Part shown: positions 41,842-51,136 of the stretch, piece after piece
How positions within the stretch are numbered: the first letter of the stretch is position 1
How the letters are laid out: the number at the start of each line of letters is the position of its first letter
Assembly: GCA_951813565.1 (NCBI GenBank)
Contig: OX638351.1
Location: forward strand, 4,224,001 to 4,288,000
DNA: 64,000 nt
Reading direction: 5' to 3'
From: an uncultured Poribacteria bacterium
Lineage (GTDB): Bacteria; Poribacteria; WGA-4E; WGA-3G
The notes under the pieces: model-generated
Databases searched by the model: none
The model's input: the letters and a program-made list of their open reading frames with translations, nothing else
What the model was told of the DNA's origin: nothing
Program-made: the position numbers and the translations under genes

Positions 41842-43119
41842 ATGGCAACGTTAGAAGGTTTCAGAGTGAGAAATTTCGGAGTTCTCAAGGATGTGACACT
41901 CGGTCGTCTTTGGGACAGACAGAAGGAAGAAGCACTAACTCCAATGACTGCAATAATCGGAAAAAATGGGGTCGGTAAGAGTGCTTTATTTGATGCTTTC
42001 GGTTTCTTGTCCGATGCGCTTAACTTTAATAATATTGAGGAGGCTTGTGATGCACGTGGACGTGGCGGCTTTAATAAAATGCGAACGCAAGGGGCAACAG
42101 TTCCTATTGAATTTGATGTGTACTACAGAGAACACGGAAATGCCAGACCGATTACATACCAAATTGCCATTGCCATGGACAAATTTGGACGTCCTTATGT
42201 GCTGCGAGAACGTCTTCGACAGAGGCGTAAGGGACAGAAGCGTGGTTGGCCCTTTTCTTTTTTAATGTTAAATGACGGTAATGGTGTAGCATGGAAAGGT
42301 GAGCAAGTAGGACTTCAAATTATCGAAGAAACAGAAGATTTTGATCTTTTCAAAGAATTGAGAAAAGAAAGAGAATCTGGAGAAACAGAAAATATTGAAT
42401 TAGATGATCCTCGAAAACTTGGTATTGCTACACTTGGTGCCTTAAAACAACATCCCCGAATCGCTGCTTTTCGTAGATTCATTGAAGGGTGGTATCTCAG
42501 TTACTTCACTCCCGATGCAGCACGTAGCCTGCCACTTTCGGGACCACAAGAACACTTAAATATTCACGGAGATAACCTTGGCAACGTTGTGCAATTTATG
42601 GAACGCGAACATCCACAACGTTTCAAAGCGATTCTAAAGAAAATCGCTGATAAAATACCAGGGATAGATCAAATTGATACAGAAAAAACGAGTGACGGTA
42701 GATTGTTATTAAGATTTAATGATAAAGGCTTCCAAGATCCTTTTTACGCGCAGCAGATGTCCGATGGGACACTTAAATTATTCGCCTATCTGTTGATGCT
42801 TGAAGATCCAACTCCACCTCCGTTTATTTGTATTGAGGAACCGGAAAACGGCTTGTACCATAAACTATTAGAAATTCTCGCTACCGAATTCCGAGAACAT
42901 GCAACGGGACTTAAAGGTGGCTCACAGGTTTTTGTTACGACGCATCAGCCATACTTTGTTGATGCATTAGGCCCGAAAGAGGTTTGGATTCTGGAAAAGG
43001 GCGAAGATGGGTTTTCTAATATTCGTCGAGCAAGTGAAGATACGCTCGTGAACAACCTTGTTGAGGAGGGACTTCCCTTGGGTGGACTTTGGTACAGTGA
43101 CTATCTCGATCCGAGGTGA
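41842..43119 (+). CDS. AAA_21-type ABC ATPase
   Basis: Walker A GKNGVGKS, QMSDGTLK, ICIEEPENGL, VTTHQPY. Confidence 0.85.
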   Translation: MATLEGFRVRNFGVLKDVTLGRLWDRQKEEALTPMTAIIGKNGVGKSALFDAFGFLSDALNFNNIEEACDARGRGGFNKMRTQGATVPIEFDVYYREHGNARPITYQIAIAMDKFGRPYVLRERLRQRRKGQKRGWPFSFLMLNDGNGVAWKGEQVGLQIIEETEDFDLFKELRKERESGETENIELDDPRKLGIATLGALKQHPRIAAFRRFIEGWYLSYFTPDAARSLPLSGPQEHLNIHGDNLGNVVQFMEREHPQRFKAILKKIADKIPGIDQIDTEKTSDGRLLLRFNDKGFQDPFYAQQMSDGTLKLFAYLLMLEDPTPPPFICIEEPENGLYHKLLEILATEFREHATGLKGGSQVFVTTHQPYFVDALGPKEVWILEKGEDGFSNIRRASEDTLVNNLVEEGLPLGGLWYSDYLDPR

Positions 43120-43122
43120 TAA

Positions 43123-43773
43123 ATGCACTTTGAAATACTTGTTGAAGACTTGTCAGGCAAGGCAACACTTGACATTTTAATGCCTAAGATTATTGGAAAA
43201 CAACATACGTGTAGAGTTATTAGTTACCGAGGAATCGGTCATATTCCTAAAGACCTCAAGAGTCACACCGATGCACATAATCGTATTTTGCTTGATCGTT
43301 TGCCTGAACTACTCAAAGGGTACGGAAAGACATATATCAACAATCCTGCCAAATATTCAACAGTGTTGATTGTGGTATGTGATTTAGATGATAAATGTTT
43401 GAAAAAAATTCGTCAAAAACTTCTTGATATGTTAAATGAGTGTAAACCCGAAATAGAAACCCGGTTTTGTATTGCCGTGGAAGAGGGTGAAGCATGGTTT
43501 CTTGGCGATCTCTCCGCTATCAAGAAAGCTTATCCAAAAGCCAAAAACAATATACTTAACCGTTACCAGAACGACTCCATTTGTGACACGTGGGAACTTC
43601 TGGCTGATGCAATATTTGTGGGAGGTTCAAGTAAATTAAAAATAAGAGGGGGGCAGGCTGTTGGTAGGGAAAAATCAACATGGGCAGAGAAAATAACTCC
43701 ATATATGGATGTCAGTAAAAACAAGTCAAAAAGTTTCTGTTATTTTCGTGATAAAATCCGAGAACTAATCTGA
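43123..43773 (+). CDS. DUF4276-like / TOPRIM-like protein
   Basis: HFEILVED, VVCDLDD (DxD), EEGEAWFLGD, NKSKSF; 3 bp after the ATPase stop. Confidence 0.65.
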   Translation: MHFEILVEDLSGKATLDILMPKIIGKQHTCRVISYRGIGHIPKDLKSHTDAHNRILLDRLPELLKGYGKTYINNPAKYSTVLIVVCDLDDKCLKKIRQKLLDMLNECKPEIETRFCIAVEEGEAWFLGDLSAIKKAYPKAKNNILNRYQNDSICDTWELLADAIFVGGSSKLKIRGGQAVGREKSTWAEKITPYMDVSKNKSKSFCYFRDKIRELI

Positions 43774-43950
43774 ATATCCTCATTAAACTCTCAATTGATT
43801 GAAAGTGAATTGACGGTAAAGTTCAATCCTTACCCTTTTTCTTGAAAAAAGAAATTTACCATATTCTTAACAAATTCTTGAGAAAACAAGAACAACGGTG
43901 AAGAGGGAAAGATTTAGCTGAGCTGGTTATGGATAGCATCCTACCTTTAG

Positions 43951-44183
43951 TTAGGCGAAGGTATAGTTTTGCAATTCTAACTCTGAAGGAAAAATTGTTA
44001 AAGGGTTTGCTGTGCCTGAAGCAATATGGAATGTATCCTCCAGTCTTACTCCGCCTGTTCCAGGGACAGAAAGAACTGGGTGTCCGACGGTTACAGTCAT
44101 TCCCTCACGAATTTGAATGCCGGAATCGCCAGGGTGGATTGTAGGCGCTGGTGTCTCCTCAAAACTTAAACCGATGCTATGAC
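43951..44183 (-). pseudogene. C-terminal fragment of an M24 (Xaa-Pro/creatinase) peptidase
   Basis: Manual translation HSIGLSFEETPAPTIHPGDSGIQIREGMTVTVGHPVLSVPGTGGVRLEDTFHI...FA-stop, cut at a MITE. Confidence 0.7.
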
Positions 44184-44278
44184 TTATACCAAATTAACGA
44201 GAATTGCATTGTTTTCATTGCCGATGGTAAGGGCGGGCACAGAGACCCGCCCCTACGATTTAGGGTAATTTGGTATAA
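44184..44278. mobile_element. 95-bp MITE with IS630-like ends containing a REP unit
   Basis: TIRs TTATACCAAATTA / TAATTTGGTATAA resemble the IS630 ends at 60380 and 61538; internal GGGCGGGCACAGAGACCCGCCCCTAC. Confidence 0.7.
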
Positions 44279-44402
44279 CATCATATAGCACATATTCAAA
44301 TATGTCAAATTTTCGACCTGTTTTACTTTGCACACCCTATTGCAATATCCCCTCAAATATGCTAAACTATTGAATACCGTTTATGTAAATGAAGGAGAGA
44401 GA

Positions 44403-45422
44403 ATGAAAACAACAGTTAGTATTGTAGACGATGCATTTTATATTAATGAGGAAATCACCTATCAGGGACGATCCTACGAAGGCAACAAGATTGAAGGTTT
44501 GCTGCTTAACAGTCGCATGGTGCAAGGCATTTTTGATGATCGGAACTCGGAAACTATACACCGATGGGAATATCCGGACACAGGCAAATGGGATACCGAA
44601 CGTAACACACGTGAATTTTTAGCTGCGATGCCAACATGGCGTGCACACGGCGTGCTGGCATTCACTATTAACCTGCAAGGTGGCAGTCCTGAAGGCTATT
44701 CTAAATCTCAACCTTGGCACAATTCTGGGATAGAAGCGGATGGAAGCCTAAACACAGATTATCTTTCACGACTCCAAAGAATAATTGATTTTGCGGATGA
44801 ACTTGGAATGGTTGTTATTCTCGGCTATTTCTATTTTGGGCAAGACCATCGACTCACCGATGAAGATGCAGTAATTCGTGCTACGGCCAACGCTACCCAA
44901 TGGCTCTTTGATAACGGCTATACTAACGTTATTGTTGAGGTTAACAATGAATGCAACGTAAGATATTCCCATGAGATTCTACAACCACAAAGGGTTCATG
45001 AACTAATTGAGCGGGTAAAATCTACAACGCAAAACGGAAGGAAATATCTGGTTGGGACAAGTTATGGCGGTGGTCGCGTGCCGTTAGAAAATGTTGTTCG
45101 CGCCTCAGATTTTCTGCTTGTTCACGGTAACGGAGTCAAGGACCCGAACCGAATCGTTGAAATGGTACAACAGACGCGCAAAGTGCCAGGATATCGTCCA
45201 ATGCCGATCCTATTTAACGAAGATGACCACTTCGATTTTGACAAACCATTTAATAACTGCATCGCTGCTATCAGTCAATACGCTTCATGGGGCTATTTTG
45301 ATCCGGGTGAAAATGACTACCATCACGGATACCAATCTGTACCTGTGCAATGGCAGATTAACACACCAAGAAAACGTGGCTTTTTTCAATTAATAAGCAA
45401 GATCACAGGACATAACGCTTAG
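44403..45422 (+). CDS. Putative glycoside hydrolase (clan GH-A TIM barrel-like)
   Basis: GAAGGAG RBS; ADELGMVVILGYFY, VEVNNEC, LLVHGN, ILFNEDD. Confidence 0.55.
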   Translation: MKTTVSIVDDAFYINEEITYQGRSYEGNKIEGLLLNSRMVQGIFDDRNSETIHRWEYPDTGKWDTERNTREFLAAMPTWRAHGVLAFTINLQGGSPEGYSKSQPWHNSGIEADGSLNTDYLSRLQRIIDFADELGMVVILGYFYFGQDHRLTDEDAVIRATANATQWLFDNGYTNVIVEVNNECNVRYSHEILQPQRVHELIERVKSTTQNGRKYLVGTSYGGGRVPLENVVRASDFLLVHGNGVKDPNRIVEMVQQTRKVPGYRPMPILFNEDDHFDFDKPFNNCIAAISQYASWGYFDPGENDYHHGYQSVPVQWQINTPRKRGFFQLISKITGHNA

Positions 45423-45437
45423 AAAGGAATACTAAGA

Positions 45438-46205
45438 ATGCCAGAAGGAATTCAACCGTACCATTTTGCCATTGCAATTGGTGTTATTATTTTGATCGCG
45501 ACAAGTGTCCGAATTCTCAAAGAATACGAACGCGCTGTTATCTTCCGATTAGGACGACTCACAGGCACACGCGGTCCTGGTCTCGTGCTGATGATACCGT
45601 TCTGGATTGAACGGATGCAACGTATTAGTCTAAGGGCTATCGTCAATGATGTAACCCCACAAGATGTAATTACAAAAGACAATGTATCCGTTAGTGTCAA
45701 CGCAGTACTGATGTTCAGAGTAATCGAAGCAGATAAGGCAGTTATTGAGGTAGAAGACTTCGGATTTGCAATTGGTCAGATCGCACAAACAACACTCCGA
45801 AGTGTGCTTGGACGCGCAGAACTTGACGACCTATTATCTGACCGAGACAAACTAAATCAGGATTTAGAGGAAATTATTAAAAAGCAGTGTGAACCGTGGG
45901 GAGTTGAAGTACAAGCAATGGAAATTAAGCACGTTGACCTACCAGTAGAAATGCAACGGGCAATGGCAAAACAAGCAGAAGCGGAACGGGAACGAAGAGC
46001 AAAAGTAGTGCATGCTGAAGGTGAATTTGAATCTGCAGATATCCTAACCAACGCCGCTGAAATCCTGAGTAAAACACCTACCTCTATACAATTACGATTT
46101 CTACAGGCATTGGTAGAAGTGAGCGCGGAGAAAAATTCAACTGTCATCTTCCCAATTCCGATTGATTTATTGACCCCATTTCTGAATAAGGAGGAGAATG
46201 AATAA
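45438..46205 (+). CDS. SPFH/stomatin-like (slipin) protein
   Basis: [43 protein letters not shown]. Confidence 0.93.
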   Translation: MPEGIQPYHFAIAIGVIILIATSVRILKEYERAVIFRLGRLTGTRGPGLVLMIPFWIERMQRISLRAIVNDVTPQDVITKDNVSVSVNAVLMFRVIEADKAVIEVEDFGFAIGQIAQTTLRSVLGRAELDDLLSDRDKLNQDLEEIIKKQCEPWGVEVQAMEIKHVDLPVEMQRAMAKQAEAERERRAKVVHAEGEFESADILTNAAEILSKTPTSIQLRFLQALVEVSAEKNSTVIFPIPIDLLTPFLNKEENE

Positions 46206-46226
46206 GAAAAAGATATAATGCTTTAA

Positions 46227-47282
46227 CTACCAGTCCTCATCAAAGAAAGGCGTACTGGGGTAGTTGTAAACATTACCCTCATAGTTTCGGAGTTGGATTT
46301 CATCGTCATCAAAAGCGACAACTGGATCAGGCATTAATGCTATTTTACCGCCGCCGCCTGGCGCATCAATCACATAGTGCGGTACACCCAGTCCAGAAAT
46401 ATGTCCACGTAACGAAGCGACAATATCTAATCCCGTTTTAACTGCTGTCCGGAAATGGTCTGTGCCAACTACAAGGTCAGCTTGATAGATGTAATACGGC
46501 TTGACACGAATCCGCAATAACGCCTTCATCAGTTCTACCATCACCGCTGGATCGTCATTCACACCTTTGAGCAACACTGTCTGGTTGCCGAGTGGAATTC
46601 CCGCATCAGCTAACATACCGCATGCTTTTTCCGTTTCAGGTGTAATTTCACGAGGATGGTTGAAATGTGTGTTGATATAAAAAGGGTGGTATCGTTTTAG
46701 AATTGTGCACAACTCAGGGGTAATTCGTTGTGGCAATGTTACCGGCACTCGTGAACCTATTCGGATGATCTCCAAATGTTCTATAGCACGCAATCCACCT
46801 ACGATCATCTCAATTTTCTTATCTGTCAACATTAGTGGGTCACCACCAGAAATAATAACATCTCGAATCTCTGGGTGAGATTGAATATAAGCAAGTCCGG
46901 TCTCAATATTATTTTCTGAAATGGAATGCGGGTCACCGACCTTCCGTTTGCGAGTGCAAAAACGGCAATAAATAGGACACATATAATTGACATAAAAGAG
47001 GGCACGGTCAGGGTATCGGTGCGTGACATTTGGCACTTCACTATCGTCTTCTTCGTGAAGCGGGTCCTCTACACCTGTGCTGATTAACTCACGGGTATCT
47101 GGGACTACTTGTTTCCAAATAGGATCCCCCGGTTTTTCTATAAGACTGAGATAATAAGGGTTGATGCGGATCGGAAATTCTTTGTGGATGCGCCGCATCT
47201 CTTCTACGTCAACGTCAAATACAGCCGCGAGTTTTTCTGGTGTGTTAACAGTATCTCTAACAAGTTGTTTCCATTCTTCCAT
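46227..47282 (-). CDS. KamA-family radical SAM protein (lysine 2,3-aminomutase-like)
   Basis: THRYPDR, CPIYCRFCTRKR, SGGDPL, HFNHPRE, DAPGGGGK. Confidence 0.9.
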   Translation of the reverse strand: MEEWKQLVRDTVNTPEKLAAVFDVDVEEMRRIHKEFPIRINPYYLSLIEKPGDPIWKQVVPDTRELISTGVEDPLHEEDDSEVPNVTHRYPDRALFYVNYMCPIYCRFCTRKRKVGDPHSISENNIETGLAYIQSHPEIRDVIISGGDPLMLTDKKIEMIVGGLRAIEHLEIIRIGSRVPVTLPQRITPELCTILKRYHPFYINTHFNHPREITPETEKACGMLADAGIPLGNQTVLLKGVNDDPAVMVELMKALLRIRVKPYYIYQADLVVGTDHFRTAVKTGLDIVASLRGHISGLGVPHYVIDAPGGGGKIALMPDPVVAFDDDEIQLRNYEGNVYNYPSTPFFDEDW

Positions 47283-47622
47283 ATATGCGATCCTCTAACA
47301 AATATAATTGATACGCTTACTGGGATACTTTCAGGAGAAAGTTAAATTATTACGTTTCCTTTATCTGTTTTAAGCGTTACAAATAAGTAACTGAGTAATT
47401 TTTACCAAAATTTTTTAAACAATAAGAAAAATAAACCGTTTCTCTACATAAACGAATTCATGATACATTTATTTAAGCCAGAAGTCAAGGGAAATATTGG
47501 CAGTTAGGTGTGTAAATATTTGGTTACATAGGTTCAATTTGCAATGATTACGCGGCGTTTTCCACTGTAGGGCGGGGTCCCGGGGAATGCCAAAAGGCAT
47601 TCATACCGTTGATTTGGTGCCC

Positions 47623-47883
47623 CATAGGCGTCAATTTAAGAAATAACGCGTTTGTAGTTGCGCAATTCATTGCCAAATCAACGCCAAATACGCTTATGGT
47701 ATTTGGCGCCTCGGACATTCTGTAGGAGCGACCTCCTGGTCGCGACCCGACAAATACCATACGGGAATGCCATAAAGGCATTCATACCGTTGATTTGGCG
47801 TTGATTCGAGGTCGTGCCTACAAGAAGAAAATGTGAATCATTGGCCATGCAACAAGCAATCAGGCACTAAATTGACAGTTATG
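47623..47883. mobile_element. CATAGG-family element
   Basis: CATAGGCGTCAATTTAAG ... CTAAATTGACAGTTATG; degenerate ~19-bp flanking repeat. Confidence 0.6.
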
Positions 47884-47906
47884 GGCTGGGTCGCTGTGCC
47901 CCGCCC

Positions 47907-48261
47907 CATAGGTGTAAACTTAAGGATTTTAACCTCTGTTTTTCTGTTTCAGCCCGCCAAATGCGTTATGCACGTTTGGCGTTGATTTGGACATGGTAGT
48001 AGGCACGCGCCGCGTGCCGTCCACAAGTGAATAGATTACGGCGGACGGAGTATGCCTACTACTTTGCATTGCACATCTTTTCTTAAGTTGACACTATGTG
48101 TCTCCTGTGTTTAACCCAATAGGTGTAAACTTAAGGATACACCTTCTTGTGGGAGGGGTTTTCAACCCCGATTTACTTGGTTGAATCTCGAAAATCGGTC
48201 GGACAAGGTCTCCCTCCCACAAGAGAAAATCCAGCATTTTTTTCTTAAGTTTACACCTATG
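47907..48261. mobile_element. Tandem pair of CATAGG-family elements with perfect 19-bp TSD
   Basis: Units 47907-48098 and 48118-48261 are separated by exactly 19 bp. GGGTCGCTGTGCCCCGCCC occurs at 47888-47906 and 48262-48280. Confidence 0.8.
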
Positions 48262-48519
48262 GGGTCGCTGTGCCCCGCCCCTACAATAGGAGTTGTGCGG
48301 ATTTCTACAAAAACTTTACACACCCTAAAGAGGGTTTCCGTTTTGTGCGTTATGTCTTGATTTGGTAACATAAACAGTGAACCAATTTCTTATATCGACT
48401 CCCGTTTGAAAAAATTGTCCAAAGTTTAGTAACATTTAAAAATCTTGTAAAATAACAATTAATGTAATATAGTTAAACATTATGGGAAATTGTGGAAAAG
48501 AGGTATTCATAACGTTACC

Positions 48520-48549
48520 TTGACATTCTTTAGTTTAATGTGTTACTCT
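48520..48549 (+). promoter_or_regulatory. Putative promoter of disA
   Basis: TTGACA-18 nt-TACTCT with TG extension. Confidence 0.4.
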
Positions 48550-48566
48550 TATTTTAACAGTGGGAG

Positions 48567-49682
48567 GTGAGAGTCGTGCTCAAAATTCCAACCGAAAATC
48601 AGAAGGAACGTGAACTCGTCGCCACCTTGAAACTACTATCCCCGGGCACTTCTCTACGAGAAGGTATTGATTATATTATCCAAGCCAAGACGGGGGGATT
48701 GATAGTTGTTGGGGATACGCCCGAAATCCTAAATTTGACGGAAAGTGGCTTTCGGATTAATTGCCCGTATACACCGACACGCCTATCCGAGTTAGCAAAA
48801 ATGGATGGTGCTATTATCCTTTCATCGGATATGAAACGGATAGTGCGTGCTAATGTCACTTTAATGTCAAACACATCTGTTGTCTCAAATGAAACTGGAT
48901 TACGCCATCGTGCAGCAGAAAAATTTGCTAAGGAAACTGGGCATATATTAATTGCTATTTCAAGGCGTCGAAATACACTTACACTATACACGAGAAATCA
49001 GCGTTATATTTTTCGTGAACGTCCAGTTCTGATCTCCGGTGCCAACCAAACCATGCTTGCACTAACCCAATACGTTAAAACCATGCAGCATGTTGTTGCC
49101 ACACTAAACTGGGCAGAACTAAACGGGACAGTAACTTTATCTAATGTAATTATGGCTATTCAAGTCTGTGAACGGGTTAGACGAACAGAACACGAATTAA
49201 ACCGATACCGGATCGAATTAGGCACAGAAGCACAATCCCTTCAACTCATCCCATCAGCATTATTAACAGAAATTGAAAGAGCTTTGCTCATCATTAAAGA
49301 TTATTATAGAGAGGAAGAAAGAGACGAATATCAAGCATTTGAACATATTCTTGGACTTAGCGCGACTGACTTAGCTGCAGAGAGTAGTATAAGTGAAGCA
49401 CTTGGCTATCCACGGGATTTTAACGACTATGTAGAAATATTAGCACCGCGCGGGTATCGAATGCTAAGCCAAATACCGCGTATTCCGATGAGTATAGTTG
49501 AAAATATCGTCCAAAACTTCAAAACGTTAGATGCAATCATCACATCAAACATTGGTGCGCTCCAAAACATTAAAGGTGTTGGAAAAACGCGCGCAACAGC
49601 AATTAAAGAGGCGCTTGTTCAAATGAAAACAGGAACATCACAACCGCAGGTTTTAGCATTACCTATTTTTGATTGGGATTAA
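48567..49682 (+). CDS. disA: DNA integrity scanning diadenylate cyclase
   Basis: PGTSLREG, LAKMDGAIIL (DGA), TGLRHRAAE (RHR), PRGYRML, C-terminal HhH IKGVGKTRA. Confidence 0.88.
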   Translation: MRVVLKIPTENQKERELVATLKLLSPGTSLREGIDYIIQAKTGGLIVVGDTPEILNLTESGFRINCPYTPTRLSELAKMDGAIILSSDMKRIVRANVTLMSNTSVVSNETGLRHRAAEKFAKETGHILIAISRRRNTLTLYTRNQRYIFRERPVLISGANQTMLALTQYVKTMQHVVATLNWAELNGTVTLSNVIMAIQVCERVRRTEHELNRYRIELGTEAQSLQLIPSALLTEIERALLIIKDYYREEERDEYQAFEHILGLSATDLAAESSISEALGYPRDFNDYVEILAPRGYRMLSQIPRIPMSIVENIVQNFKTLDAIITSNIGALQNIKGVGKTRATAIKEALVQMKTGTSQPQVLALPIFDWD

Positions 49683-49786
49683 AAAGGGGAGTCTTAATTT
49701 TGAGGGCATAGAATATACCTGCGTGATTAACAACAGTAGACATAAATATCATTCAAATTTGAAATTTATAGGATAGGAGTTTAATT

Positions 49787-51130
49787 ATGAAACAATTTCA
49801 TGTTACTTTAGAGCGGAAAATGTTATTAAAACGTTATCAGTTATTCAGTAGGGTTCTTTTTTCTTGTTTGTTCATTTTTCCGATTTTTCTTGCCGCATGT
49901 GGCGCAAAACTCGGAACAATTCAACAGCAAGATGTTGACACACAACTAACCCAAGCAGAAAAGGCGATCAAATCAGCTCGTGAAGTAAATGCGCCTTCCC
50001 TTGCTTTTGAGGAGTTTGAGCAAGCAGAAACCTATCTCGAAAAAGCAAGAGAAGCATTGGACGAAAACAATGGGGTTGACGCACTTCGATTTGCTACCCA
50101 AACTATCACTCATGCGAAAATTGCCCAGCGAAAAGCAGTGCATAACACAAAAAATGCTGAATTAAACGCTAACATCTTAGAAAAAGATGCCCTCATTGTT
50201 GAACTTAGAAAAGATATTAATACGAAAAAAACTGAAATTACAGGCTTAGAAAATGGAATCCAGCAACTTCGTGAGAATGAAACGGGACTCCAACGAACTA
50301 TTCGCACACTTGAAAATGAAAAACGTGAGCTGGCGGATACTGGCAAAATCAGTGAGCGAAAAGCTACTGAGCTTAATGAGGTACTGAAATCGCTTCAAGC
50401 AAGAGTCGCGCGTTCTGAAACAGATGTCCATAATTACGGCTTGCAAGTGAAGGAACTCTCTCGGAAGCTTGAAGTTGCTGAAACGATGGCTAAATCGGCA
50501 AGTAAACAAAAACGCGCTGTAGTCGCTGAGGCTGAATCTCTCAGAAAACAGTTACGGGAACAAGCTAAGGTTTACACTGGTATGTTGGAAAAAGCCAAGA
50601 AGCAGAATATCGCAGCTGAACATCAGGAATATATGAAAAAGACAGCAGAGCAATCACGCGAATTCTCGAAACAACTGCCAAGTAACAAATCCCCACGCAC
50701 CCGTCGGACATCGCTTTCTACTGCACAAATTAATGCTGGAAAAGCAGTGCTTAGTAAATGGGAAAAAGAATGGAATAGCAAAAATGTTGATACACATCTT
50801 GCGTTCTACATCCCAAATTTTACTGTCAAAAAAATTCTTGTTCAAGAAAGCAAAGAAAATGAGAGCATCATTGACCCCAGTCAAATTGCGGCTGCCTTTC
50901 GTGAGATGAACGCACAATCTTGGGGAAAAAAAGAGAGTTTTTCTGAAGTAGAACAAGAAAGTGTCATCGGAACTTATAGTTTCAGTCGATTAGTTACGCC
51001 GGCTCAAACAGAGGATGATACCGCTTTATACGATTACTGGACCAGAGAAGTATGGTGCCATCAGGTTCAAGGTGAATGGAAAATTTATCGAGAAACTTGG
51101 CAAATTTATGAAAATATTCCCGAACTGTAA
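49787..51130 (+). CDS. Lipoprotein: DUF4398-like helix pair, long coiled coil, C-terminal NTF2-like domain
   Basis: Lipobox LAAC, AEKAIKSAREVNA, heptads, WEKEWNSKNVD...GEWKIYRE. Confidence 0.6.
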   Translation: MKQFHVTLERKMLLKRYQLFSRVLFSCLFIFPIFLAACGAKLGTIQQQDVDTQLTQAEKAIKSAREVNAPSLAFEEFEQAETYLEKAREALDENNGVDALRFATQTITHAKIAQRKAVHNTKNAELNANILEKDALIVELRKDINTKKTEITGLENGIQQLRENETGLQRTIRTLENEKRELADTGKISERKATELNEVLKSLQARVARSETDVHNYGLQVKELSRKLEVAETMAKSASKQKRAVVAEAESLRKQLREQAKVYTGMLEKAKKQNIAAEHQEYMKKTAEQSREFSKQLPSNKSPRTRRTSLSTAQINAGKAVLSKWEKEWNSKNVDTHLAFYIPNFTVKKILVQESKENESIIDPSQIAAAFREMNAQSWGKKESFSEVEQESVIGTYSFSRLVTPAQTEDDTALYDYWTREVWCHQVQGEWKIYRETWQIYENIPEL

Positions 51131-51136
51131 GGAGGT

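Larger units (their letters stand above)
47506..48325. mobile_element. Composite non-coding element bounded by ISKra4-like TIRs and filled with nested repeats
   Basis: Left AGGTGTGTAAATATTTGGTTA resembles the IS end at 12123. Right CTACAAAAACTTTACACACCC is the reverse complement of 10894-10914. Confidence 0.65.

Noticed and set aside
43929..44144. 71-aa plus-strand ORF
   Set aside because: It is the antisense shadow of the M24 peptidase remnant, which has recognisable motifs.
47581..47990. CRISPR array (36-bp palindromic units)
   Set aside because: Units differ in sequence, occur in both orientations, are irregularly spaced or nested, and there are no cas genes in the window.
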